The translations under genes were made by a program, and so were the position numbers. Positions 11,250-23,628 of a stretch of DNA of 47,464 bases are shown here, one piece after another. Origin of the DNA: Octopus bimaculoides (taxonomy: Eukaryota); NCBI RefSeq assembly GCF_001194135.2, contig NC_068982.1, positions 16,761,194-16,808,657 of the forward strand. Reading direction: 5' to 3'. Below the pieces are notes generated by a model that was not told the origin of the DNA, made no database searches, and saw only the letters and a program-made list of their open reading frames with translations. Position 1 is the stretch's first letter. Each line of letters opens with the position of its first letter.

Positions 11250-13400
11250 CCTAGGACACCCACAATAACAGGAACAGCGGTCGCTTTAAGATGTTACATC
11301 TTCTGTATTTGAAGTTCCAAGTCTTTATATTTTACTCAATTTCTCAAATTCATTTACAGATATATTTTTATCAGTGGGAACACATACATCTATTAGTCTA
11401 GAAATATTTTCTTCCCTGTCTGTAATGTCTATGGCTAGTGGATTGGCCTGGATCGTTCTATCACTGTTGACTAGAAAATCCCAAAGAATAGTGACATTTT
11501 AACCTTCAACGACTGGCTCAAGATGATATTCATACCAGTAAGCAGGAATGCTGGTTTTGTAGTGTTTACATATTTTCCAATGTAGATACTGCCCTACACT
11601 ATCGTGGCGATTTTTGTATTCGTTTGATATCAGCAGAGGACATCGCGAGATTAGATGGTTTATTGTTTCATCAAATTTATCGCAGAATCTACACTTAGGG
11701 TCTGAACTATTTTGTAGAACGGAAGCCTGGTAATTTTTTGCAAGGAAGCTTTGATCTTGTGCCGCTAATATGGAGTCTTCAGTCTCTACTTTTATTTCCG
11801 ACCTTCTCATTCAATGTTTGGTTGTTGCTTGATATAGTAATTTCAGGTTTTTCATCTGATACAGGGTTAATGCTAAGTTCACTTGCGAATTTGCTAGCTT
11901 CCTTGACGATATAATGTGATTTTTTGCTGCTTTTGTGTTTGTTCACAAGCCGCAGCATCCAGTCTTCTGTACTAGATAAGTACTTGTTCATTGCTATTGA
12001 AGAAGGTCTTAGAGCATAGTTCTACCTACTCCATTCTTCTTCCTCCCGTTACTTCTAGGTAGGTATAGCTGATCAGCTTCTGATTTGGGGTAGTGCAGGT
12101 TCTTAGATGTTAGTAGTTTTCTTGTCTTCCTCTCCAGGCGTTGTAGTTCTGTAAGATTACATTTAAGGATGTTCAAAGTGTACTGGACTACTGGAAGTGC
12201 CAGGGTATTAATGGGCTCGATGCAATTTTTGGAAGTGGGTTCAGGTTTTTGTAAGAGGCGTATTCTTCTGTAATATTATTGTGTTTTTTCCCCCGCACAG
12301 TAGCATATTGTATGCTGTCTGCATCATTTTTACCCAGGTACTTATAGTTTTCTTGTGAGTCAGGGTCCTTAATGGTAGTGTCGGTATCTAATTTAATGGA
12401 AGCTGTTTGCTTCAGATTTCCCCTAACAAAAGTTGCTTTAGCACACTTATCAAGGCCAAAATCCATTCCGACGTCATTGCTGAACTCTTTAACAAGTCTC
12501 CCAGTAAACTCAGACTTGTTGAGTTCTCGCATAATATCTTATTTTGCTGCTATGAGCTTATCATTATTATTCTCATCAAATTCTGTGTCATGTCTATTTT
12601 GGTGCTCTTGAGGTAGGTCTACTTGCTCCTCTTTTTCCATTATTCTTTCTTTTAATTTGTCATTGGGATGTACTGCTCATACTTTGGGCCCTGTGCATCT
12701 GTTACCTATTTCATCTAAATTATTGATGCTTTCATTCGGTCTAGCTTGGAATATTTGTGTCTTAATTTGGCTAAATTTCAGCGTCAGTTAACCTTTAATT
12801 CTTAATGATGTTTCTACGTATATTATTTCTTTTATTTGCCTCTATATATCTGCATACATCGTTATCAACTTAGTTTCTCCATGACGTGTATATTTGCACA
12901 AGGTTATTGTTTGGATTTAGCTAGGTTGTAGAGAAAGCTTTCAGCATGTCTCTATAATCCTCACTAGTCCATTTTCTGTGTTTTGCTTTAGGTGATGATT
13001 TTCATGGTGCTACTAAAGACCTAGAGTTAGGGTCATCCTGATTCAGGTTACCTGGCAGTTCGTTTTTTTATAGTTTGTTCCAGCAGCAGACCTTTTGACC
13101 TCAGTGTGGTTCCCCACTGAGTACAGCGGTTCTTGATGTACCTGGCTACCTCTGATTCGGTATGAGTTTGGTTTGTCGGTAAAGCATTGACGATGATAGT
13201 AGGAGACGGGTCTGTTTGTTCAAAGTTGACTTTTTGATATGACAGCGTTTCCTTGCTCTTCCTTTGGATATATTTATCGTATTGTAGGCTGATAGATCCA
13301 AAATCGCCTCTATTTTTCTTGAAAGCTATGTGTCTGGGCAAAAATTCTTAGTGATGTTTTAAACTGGGTCACCAATTTGCTCCTTCTTATATTCGTTTGT
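11250..13400 (-). mobile_element. Degraded R4/Dong-like (RLE-type) non-LTR retrotransposon
   Basis: RT-region motif FGLDKCAK; CCHC knuckle CRFC...ETINHLISRC...RHDSV; restriction-like endonuclease LWDF...DRTIQAN...IDVCVPTD...EKLSK; many stops and frameshifts. Confidence 0.85.
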
Positions 13401-13915
13401 GGGGAGTGGCTTTGTTTTTGTTTGGTACTGCATCGCTCGTGAAAGGTGTTTTTCTCTGTTATTTTCTGTATGTTCACGTGTGTGTCGTGTAGACAATTTT
13501 TATGCTACTTGTAAAAGTTAGTAAATGCACTTGGAGAAATGGGGAGTTGCATGTAAAGATAATTATTCAATCTACGTAATTACTGTGTAATTAGTGTGTT
13601 TAACCAGGTTTTCTTGTACTGGTTTCGGCATCTTTCGTATGTCACATAGAGATATCACACGTTTCAGAAAGAACCTACACTGCATGTAACAAAAATCCTT
13701 CTGATTTTTTCATTCCTTTGCTTTCTTTACAAAGACTTTTCTCATTGCTATATCGCGGTGTTTTCCTTCCATTGCACCGACGTTACTGGATTAACATTGT
13801 TTTGTGGAGAGAGCTTATTAGATTACATCCATGTTGTGGCCATCATCGTCATAAACATCACTAGATAATTAAATTATTTTTTTTTTATTTCTTCTCTTTT
13901 CACACAGAAAACCAG

Positions 13916-14014
13916 GAACTAAAATACTTTGCATTTAAGACGACTGCAGCAATTTTTGTCACCTGTTTCTGCTGTTTTCCAACAGGCTTTGGTGCTCTTC
14001 TTAAAGTATTAAAA
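13916..14014 (+). CDS. Dispanin/CD225 gene A, intramembrane-domain exon (ancestral start 13904; in-frame AG gives 13916)
   Basis: Translates (TENQ)ELKYFAFKTTAAIFVTCFCCFPTGFGALLKVLK then GTAAG donor at 15th base of 14001 block (14015). Matches the CD225 pattern AIxxTxxCCxPxGxxA. 13904-14014 is 111 nt, equal to the paralogous exon. Confidence 0.85.
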
Positions 14015-14241
14015 GTAAGAAAAATGCGAACATTTCTTGCAAGAATTTCTGTATATTTGCTCATCTTTTATTCAATCGTGGCTGTGTGATAAGAAGTTTG
14101 CTTACCAATCAAATGGCTCCGGGTTCAGTTCTACCGCACCTGGGGTGATTTGTACAATAGCCACGTGTAGATCAAAGCCATGTGAATGGATTAAGCAGAA
14201 GGAAACTGAAAGAAACCTGTCATATACACTCATACCTACAC

Positions 14242-14277
<36 letters not shown>

Positions 14278-15423
14278 GAATATATGTGAGTGTATGTGCG
14301 TAGAAGAGAAAAAGAGTATCTGTGTTTGTGTTTGAAACCGATGTTGGTGAGTTTACGTTCTCGTAATCTAGCGTTTCGGCAAAAGATGATAAAATAAATA
14401 CCAGCCTTAAAAATACGATATGTACAGGTGTCGATCCGTTCATCTAGAACTCTTCAAAGCAATGCTCCAGCAAGGCCGTAGTCTGATGACTGAAACAAAT
14501 ACTGTACCGTGCAAAGACCTTCGGCCAATTTAAATTATTGTAAATTCCTATTAATTGCCAACCTATAAGTGGATGTTTCGCATTGCACTTTTTACACATG
14601 AAGCATTGGCCCTAATCATTGTATTTTGTAGCAGGAGTCTGAATGAGATGGAAAGATGTGAGACGACCACCATAATTGGCCATGCAAAAGTCTATGGCCA
14701 CCTCACATAAACATATCAAGATACAGTGTTTCAAAACAGAAAAATGTCTATAATGAAAATTTATTATATAATGTTCATTCCAAGAAGTGACTGTACATTG
14801 TTGATATTTCGTATGGCTTCCTCTCAGCTTGAATGATTGCTTCAATGCACCTAGCTTGAGATGCGTACAAATCCTTTACCATCTTCACAGGCATTTGATA
14901 TCATTTTTAGTGGCTGATCTCCTACAGCAGTTCAAGATTGCGTGGATTATTCTGACGAACTCTTCTCTTTAGTTCTGTCCATATTTGCTCGATGATATTT
15001 AAGTCATGACTCTGAGCTGGCCAATCTTTCAGCATAGTAATACCTTCATCGGCTAGACTCTCTTATGCTGCACGTGATCTGTGGCATTGCGCTCGGTCAT
15101 GCTGAAAAATCTCACCTTCATTCAAGTTTTTTATCAGTTTTTTCCTGCAGCAACTATATGTATTTGGCACTTCTCCAGTTACCGTCAGTTTTAATCAACT
15201 TTCTCGAAACATATCTTTTTATGTATCCCCAAAGTATCCGATTCTTACTCCCAAACTTCACTCTTTTTGTCGTGTAACGTGGGTCGTTTCGCCTTCCTGG
15301 AGGACTTCTGACAAATTCTCACTTATTAAAAAGTGAAACGAACCATATATGTAAACAGTGATTGTCTACTTCTTATGCATAATTTGACCACCTCATGCAT
15401 ACATACATAAATACACACAAACG

Positions 15424-15470
<47 letters not shown>

Positions 15471-16422
15471 GTACATATAATAAATCCCCCCACCCCGCCA
15501 AAAAAAAACGAAGAAAAAAAGCTATGTTTGGATTATATTATCCAATGTGATATTAGCCAATATCATTTTTTAAGAGAGCATGTTGTGACTTGAAGAATTT
15601 AGCTTCTCTTCCAAACAGTTTTAGTTATCTCATGGGGTTGATACGCATTTAGTTGATGGAGATTGTAGAGGAGAAGCAAAAATAAATGTCCTAAACAAGA
15701 TCAAACGAACATCATGATTGTAATAGTTGTGAAAATGGTTCTTATGTAAAGTCTCACCTGTACTGCGTCTTTGCTCCATTATGTCTAACAATAACCATTT
15801 CAAGTATTTCAGACACAGCAGTCTTGTTTTTCTCATCTTTAATATCTCTGTCAGCTTACCGTATCATTGTAAATAAGGTTTCTACTAATCCAGTCTACAT
15901 AAAATAGCTTTAACCCCTAAGTAGCAATTGGCTAAGAAACAGCATGGCATATAACAGCGTTGATAGAACATCTGCTTTTATAAGAGCAATGGTTATGAAA
16001 CTGATAAATATCACTTCACCACCACCACAACCACACCCACACTACAAAAATATTGGTGGAATTTGTGGTCACACCAACTCCCCTCCATTCACTCCTTTAT
16101 TAAGAAGAAATTCTATTGTTCATCCATATAATTCAATATTATTACTGTTATGGCTGGTAGAATCGATACCACGAAGCGCTAAATATTTAGCGGTGTTTTG
16201 TCCGTCTTTACGTTCTGAGTTCAAATTCCTCCAGGTTTACTTTGCCTTTAATCCTTTAGGGATACATAAAATAAGTACTTGTTTGAGTACAGGGAACGAT
16301 GTAATTCACTTACTCCTCCAAAATTGCTGGCCTTGTGACAAAATTAGAAATCAATATATTTGCTGTTCAGTTTTATTGGCTTGCTTTAAATATGAACTAA
16401 TTCTTGTCTGTCTATCTTCTAG

Positions 16423-16569
16423 GCAAACACAATGGCTCAGAATGGAAATTTAGAAGGTGCAACCAAGGCAAATAGAACTGCAAAGGAATTAATCCTAATA
16501 TCACTTTTTATTGGTTTTCTTTTGTATACGCTTCCAGTCATCGTTCATATTACTTACAAATATATTTGA
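16423..16569 (+). CDS. Dispanin/CD225 gene A, last coding exon (conserved loop plus C-terminal TM helix)
   Basis: tcttctAG acceptor, phase 0. ANTMAQNGNLEGATKANRTAKELILISLFIGFLLYTLPVIVHITYKYI-stop fits the CD225 G[DN]xxGAxxAxxxAK motif followed by a hydrophobic helix. Confidence 0.88.
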   Translation, partial: ANTMAQNGNLEGATKANRTAKELILISLFIGFLLYTLPVIVHITYKYI

Positions 16570-17518
16570 TAATTATATATTCTGATCGGTGAACTCTAAG
16601 GCTTCAGCATGATGGCAAGAACCCATAAAGCAGTAAAATTATGAAAGCATAGAGATATTCCTGAAAGACTTGTACCATTCCTTCACTCCAATTTAATTTC
16701 CCACGAAAGCAATGGGTGATATTGTTGCATTTTGGTTTTAATTCAATCTTCTTTATTTAAGAATAATCAAACTTTAAAAACATTTTATAAATATAATAGT
16801 TAAACAAAGCAAATTTTTAAACTCTTTCCTAGTTTTTCAAAATATTCCCTTAAAACCAATCGTTTGAGATTTTAATATTTATATGAGCGCTTAAGCAGTT
16901 TAACATAAATTAAACACAAGATACACAAAGAATAAACAGTTATACAATATATTGACAAATATCGCTATACATGTCAACACAAAATATTTAGTGGAATATA
17001 TCTTGTAGCTTTCATTCACAATTATTTCGGTTAACATTGGTTTAAATATTTCTTATCATGTCAAGCAATAGCAAGTGGAGTTCACAACAAACACACTAAT
17101 GGCATTTTGCAGACAAGAAAGCAAACCTTCAACGCAGTAAAGCTGTAAGGACAGCAGCGAAAGATTGAGTATCTGTCCATATAAAACGAAAAAAAAAAAA
17201 AGAACGTCGCCCGCGGGTACAGACAGGACTCGAACAGGCACCGCTCAGATATTATCTGCCGACAATACCATTTAGCTAGACAGTAACGTGCGATGAAATA
17301 TCGTCAAATTTAAAGCTACTTCGAATGCAATAACACTTTATAAACAAACTTTGGAAGCGTCAGATATGGTTGCTATTTTGCAGACCAGAAAATAATGATT
17401 TTGTTGTACTATCGTCTTTAGAAAAAATATCTGAAAGTGTTTTCCGTTAATAAAATTCAATATTTTAACAAATGAATTTTATAACAAAATAGTAGTTGTT
17501 TAAAATTGTAGATACATC

Positions 17519-18306
17519 TGTAGCAAACTCATAAGAGGCGGAGAGAGAACGTAAGTTCGTTTGCCCGAACATGAGAAATTATTGATTTCTCATTGGTTAA
17601 AAATTACTGCCCATATACGAATTATGAACTTCGTTGAAGAAATCTTTCACGGGGTTACGGTTCTATGATTCGTGTATGAGTAGTTATAAAAACCCTGATT
17701 TTCGGCAATATCTCCAGTGTCCGTTGGACAGCCACTCAAATCCACGGCACTCACCCTTTTGAGTATCGGCTAATATATATGCCATGTTCAATACTCAAAT
17801 CCGACAATATTGAATTGTCGTGAAACCTTATAGTTAGAATGAGAAATTAGTTAATATAAATTTAAGTCGTAATTCTCTACGACGAAATGATTTGGTTTCT
17901 AAATTTCTATAAATGTAAAAAAAATGTATATAATAAATTAATGTAGAAACTTAATTCCTGTTACTTCTCGTTTCTTTCAACTTGTTGAATTTATTTCTGT
18001 ATATTAATGAAACTGTATTTTTTTATGTGTAACGGTCAAAAAAATATAATCCATATCTTCAACATACATGTAAGTAATGAACGCACGTTCAGCGTCTTGG
18101 TATGATACATCATAACATTTTCGCAGCCTAAACTAAGAGTTATGCTTAGTGATAAATACTTATAATTAAGTTATAAGTAACGAGATTATCATTATAGCTT
18201 TTAATTAATAAACAATAATATTTGTTATAACTTACGAATGAAAACATTATAAATAAAGATATAGTATGTCTCACATTTCAACGACCTGTTGTGATAACCG
18301 ACCACA
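17519..18306. mobile_element. ~790-bp insertion with TG...CA ends, unit A only (solo-LTR-like)
   Basis: Flanks join directly in unit B (~43395-43415). Begins TGTAGC, ends ACCACA; internal TATAAAA and AATAAA; no clean 4-6 bp TSD. Confidence 0.35.
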
Positions 18307-20716
18307 TAAAACATCAATAAATCAACAAGTATATTCTATGACGAGCGGCAGCAGTAGTAATAATGACAACAACAGTAATTACTACTACTAATACTGCTGC
18401 TGCTGCTGCTGCTGCTATTGCAACTACTACCACTACGTGCGAAACACTCAAGTGGAAAGGAACTAACAAGAAACGTGGGCAGATATAGACTTCATCAACC
18501 GAGACTGATCAAACGACACTGCCCAAGTGCAATTCTTAAAGGATCCACTCGTAGTTCATCATTCTGCAAACCTCTGTAGTAGTGAAGAACTTACCCTCAT
18601 TCCCACTTATCTGAGAAAACAGAGAACGAGGGTGAGTATATCTGGTATGCCACCAGAAGTGGTCATCTGGTGAGTGTTGGTGTGCGGAGATCTGGTGGTA
18701 AGTGATATTCTCCTGGACGTTATCAAATAAAGCGAAGAGAATTGATTCAGAACAGAACTGGAAGATTTATTAGACGAATCTAGAACTGCTGGTAAAAAGA
18801 TCTTCATTTATTACAGCCACACACAAGGCAGACCTTCATGTCACGGTGGAGTGAAGAAAACCACAATTCACATATATTATGATGTAACCATGTAAAAGTC
18901 GTCTGCACCATTGGAAAGTGAAAGTATGCAGGCACCGCTCTTTCCAGCATCACAAACATCAAACACAATTACAATGCCAAGAACAGCATGCAACCATACT
19001 ATTTGCGATAGGAATAGCAACAGCGCCAGCAGCAACAAATGTGTTTATGAATGTGTGTATTCAGGGTGTGCAAGTTCGGTCTCAATTATGCTGAGATTTA
19101 CTTGTTAAACGGTAAAGATTAATGGGTGTAGTTACTTCCATGTAGAGCTGGTGTGAGGAGAGAATGGATGTATGTGCGAGCATTTGAATGTGAGAGGTGT
19201 GCGTGCAAGTTTGTGGTCTAACATGCGCGCTTACGTGGTTGAATCGGTTTTGTGAGTGAATGTGTATGATTATACGTGTGTGTGTACGAATGTATATGTG
19301 TTTGCTTATGTGATTGCATTCCAGCATGTGTGAGCATAATGGCGCGTGTGTGTGTGTGGTGTGGAGTTTTGTTTTTTTTTTAATAGGGAAGCGTCTGTGT
19401 GTATGTTAATGTGTTTGCGTGTTTTATTATTATAGGCGAAACGGAAGGCGGTGATCTGGCAGAATCGCTAGCGCGTCGGGCGAAATGCTAAGCGGTGTTA
19501 CGTGTGCCATTACGTTCTGAGTTCAAATTACGCCGAGGTCGGTCGACTTTGCTTTTAAACTCCTCGGGGTGGGGGAGTCGTTAATATTAGTACCAGTTAC
19601 GCACTGGCGTCAATGTAATCGACTTAATCCTTCCCGAAAAATTTGAGGCCTTGTGCTTCCAGTAGAATGGACTTTTATAAGCAAAATAACCCTCTCGAAA
19701 AACTCTAATGTCTTTTAACACACAAGTTCACATTTAGGATTTGGCAAACCAAATAAAAATGCGAAGTATAGATATAAGATATTCTTTGTATAAATCGTAT
19801 TATCCTTAAAGCTCCTTGTAGAATGTCATAAACCAGCCTGCTTCCTAGATGCGAATTTTTTTCCCACAACACTTCCGGATCCCAGTAATGAACTAATTTG
19901 CATACAGCCAATCAGAATTCACCTTAACCTTGCTGTCGAGTTAATAAACACACTCTACCAAGTAAACGCAAGACGAAGAATGGTGTTGTACTTCGATCGA
20001 TCGCCAAGTTATGCCTGATTTTAGGAGACAAATAATTAGATTGATTTGCATCCATACTTATTATCGGATTTTGTTAGGGCCCCATATGGTAAAGATGTGG
20101 ATGAGAAAAATATGGGTTGAGGGTGATGTGCTAGCAACCCTCTCCCCTTACTGTTTTACAAAGTAAACAACAACACAAATAACTACGCAGAGGCAACCAT
20201 GGTTGAAACAAGAACAAGAACAACAAGCATTATTAAAAGAGACAAGAAGCATGGTCATTCCTTATCCAACTGACCTTATCTTATCGCCCATCACTTGTTA
20301 TGCGCTCATAAATTATAGTTTGATAGTTGAGCTCTGATTGTCTGTATGCAAATGAATTTATAACTAGGATCCGGAATTGTCGTGTGAAAAAAAAAATGTT
20401 TACTAGACACATGTTAAGTAACTTCAATACCGAGTCGTATTGCTAGATATGTGCTACAGTGCAAATGTAGGACATATGAGAGTAAACACAATTTTATATT
20501 ATGGTTTCTAGGCGCATTTCACCATTTCACCATTATGATTGTTCGAAACCCAACGATTAGATGGTCTGCAACTTAATATTCTCGGATGATTTGTTAGTCT
20601 TGTGCATCTAAAATGCATTTTGAACACCAATTGCTTGATAAAAAAACGAACATAACGTTGGAACACGCGTAGAACCATAATATAAACTTGCATTTGTCCT
20701 TACGCCTTATTCTCCT

Positions 20717-20865
<149 letters not shown>

Positions 20866-22049
20866 CGTTCAAATACATATATTTTAAGTACAATGCGGAG
20901 ACAACGTGTTTGTACGTTAGTTTGTAAATAATAAACATGCGTACGTTTAGAAAAACAAACAAAAACACATTTATTGTGCATATAAGTTTACTGCATAATA
21001 CAACGATTTCCGTACAGAAAGGAGGGAACGAATAACTCGACTAGTTTTGCTGCTCATTATTAATTCATGAGAAATGTTTATTTCATTCAATAAAGATAGA
21101 AACGTAGAAAGAGAGGTGGGAAGAGAGAGGTAGGAAGAGAGATGTTTTGGGACAATGCAGTGAGTAATACACCCAAGCATGTAAATATACTTGGCAAACA
21201 GGAAAACATTTACTTTAGAAATACATACACAGACATATATACATACACGCAAACACACACACATAAATATATGATTTCTGGTTCAGTCCCATGCGTGACA
21301 CCTCGGGTAGGTGTCTTCTACTATAAACACGGGTCGCCAAACCTTATGAGTGGATTTGGTAGGCGGAAACTGAAAGAAGCACGTCGTGTATATAGAGAGA
21401 GATAGAAAGATATACACACCAACAGGAAGACCACCCTCCGGGTGGTTTTCTGCTTGACCCCTGATAATATTTTCACGTTTGTTTCCCAGTTCTAATAATT
21501 TTTATATTTTACGTCTAATTATTTCTTTGTATAATAACCCTTCTACTCTAGGCACAAGGCTCGAAATTTTGGAGGAGGGGGCCAGTCGATTACATTGACC
21601 CTAGTACGCAACTGGTAATTAATTTATTGACCCCGAAAATATGAAAGGTAAAGTCGAACCGCGCGGGAATTTGAACTCAGAACGTAAGGACAGACGGAAT
21701 ACGCTAAGCATTTCGTCCTGCGTGCTAACGTTTCTGCCAGCTCACTGCAAATATTGCTTTCATAATCTCTCCAGCATGGCCGCTGTCAAAGGACCGAAAC
21801 GAATAAAAGAATAACAGAACACATACATGCATACATACATGCATACATACATACATGCATACATACATACATACATACATACATACATACATACATACAT
21901 ACATACATACAATCAAAAATACCCTGTTGTTGATGTTGAAATTTCAGTGGATCTTGGTTAAAAACCAGCTCTTTCTCTTTTGGCAAGAAATCTTGAAATA
22001 AAACTTAATAATGACATGCATACATACACACATACATACATAGATTTAT

Positions 22050-23628
22050 ACTTATTCTGATAATAATTGGAGCACTTTGTTTTGTAAGTAAATGCTTTAC
22101 TGTCAGTCTGGATAAGCTTGGATTTTCAGAAAAAGAAATCAACCAACTGATTCGCACATTACAAATACAGTCTGTAAACGAACCAGAAAAACTCTGTAAG
22201 ATTTTTCCTGGATTTAAAATGTGACATTGTTTTCATTATCTACATTCCAAAGATGGAGCTTTGTGTCCTTGTTAGAAACCAACTTCTTCAGGGGAAGAAT
22301 TTAGATGATTAGGAACAAAACAAGCATACATACATACATACATACATACATACATACATACATACATACGTACATACATACATACATACATACATACATA
22401 CATACATACATACATACATACATTGGAGGAACCTAGTTTCAATGTGGCTAGACTATAAGAAAACCTTTGACACCGTTCACAACTCATGGATGCTAGAAGC
22501 CCTTCATCTTGCCAAAGTTACAGTAAGCATAGTCAAAGCCATAGTTCTAGGGGACAGCCTCTCTGTGATGTTGTTTATACTTTCTGTAAACCTCTTGTCA
22601 TTCATGTTAAGGAAGTCTGAAAGATATCTCATTGGTTCATAAGGAACCAGAAATACCAAAATTACACACTACTTCTTTGTGACTTGAAACTTTATCCAAA
22701 GAATATGCATGAGATGAAAACGAGCCTTGACCTAGTTACAACATTCTCAAAGGAGTTAGAGTTTGGTCTAACTCCTAAATGTTATATGGTTGTGAAAAGT
22801 GGGGAAACTATAAAACAGACGAGCAACATTTCCATCAATGATATGACTGTTTCCCTTATATCTGACGAGGAATGTTACAGGTGTCTAGGTGTGAATGAAA
22901 ATATATCTTATAGTGGCACCTGTAACAAATCACGTGCCATTAAAGTATATAATAGCCAAATAAAGAAACTTTGGACCTCAGAACTCTGTACATGCAATAA
23001 AACAGTGGCCCACAATGTGTTTGCAGTGCCATTGATATGAAAACCCGAAAAATGCTAACAAGCACACATAATTTCCACATAAACAAAGACGTACACCGTC
23101 TCTACCTAAAACGAAAACAAGGCAGCAGAGGATTAACATCGATCCAAAATGCCTTTCAATGTCGTATTATATCTCTTCGGCAACATCTTCTAACCACCAA
23201 ATGTCGAAGTGCATCCTTTGAACAAGTTTGCATAATATCATAAGTCTTGGAAAAAGCTCCTTGAGCAACATAGTTTGTCTGATAACCTAGAATACATGCC
23301 CAAAGAAGTCGTACGACTCTACAGCAACGTATCATCAGATGAAAGGATGAGCCTATATGAGCCGAAGACTATGCATGGATATGTTAGGAGAAAGCTCCGA
23401 GATGGTAGAAACATTGCTCATGAAAGCAGTCTATCATGGACCGACAACCGGATTACTACCTCCCACTTTGAAGGGTATGTGATTGCAATTTAGGAACAGA
23501 AAATATCAATCAAGTACCTGATGCACAAAAGGGATAGAGATGCAGGCAAACGTGACAATCGAAGTAAACTTTGAGGAGGTAACATCGAAGATATCATTCA
23601 TATAAGCAGCAGTTGTCCCAAAATGTCA
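22050..23628 (+). mobile_element. Degraded RLE-type (R4/NeSL-like) non-LTR retrotransposon RT fragment
   Basis: WLDYKKTFDTVH, GDSLSVMLF, HYFFV(D)-LKLY, LYLKRKQGSRGL and a degenerate knuckle EDIIHISSSCPK. Interrupted by (TACA)n at ~22325-22423. Confidence 0.8.

Noticed and set aside
15944-16453. 169-aa ORF running into the last gene A exon
   Set aside because: Made of intronic repeat and SINE sequence, and in a different frame from the CD225 exon.
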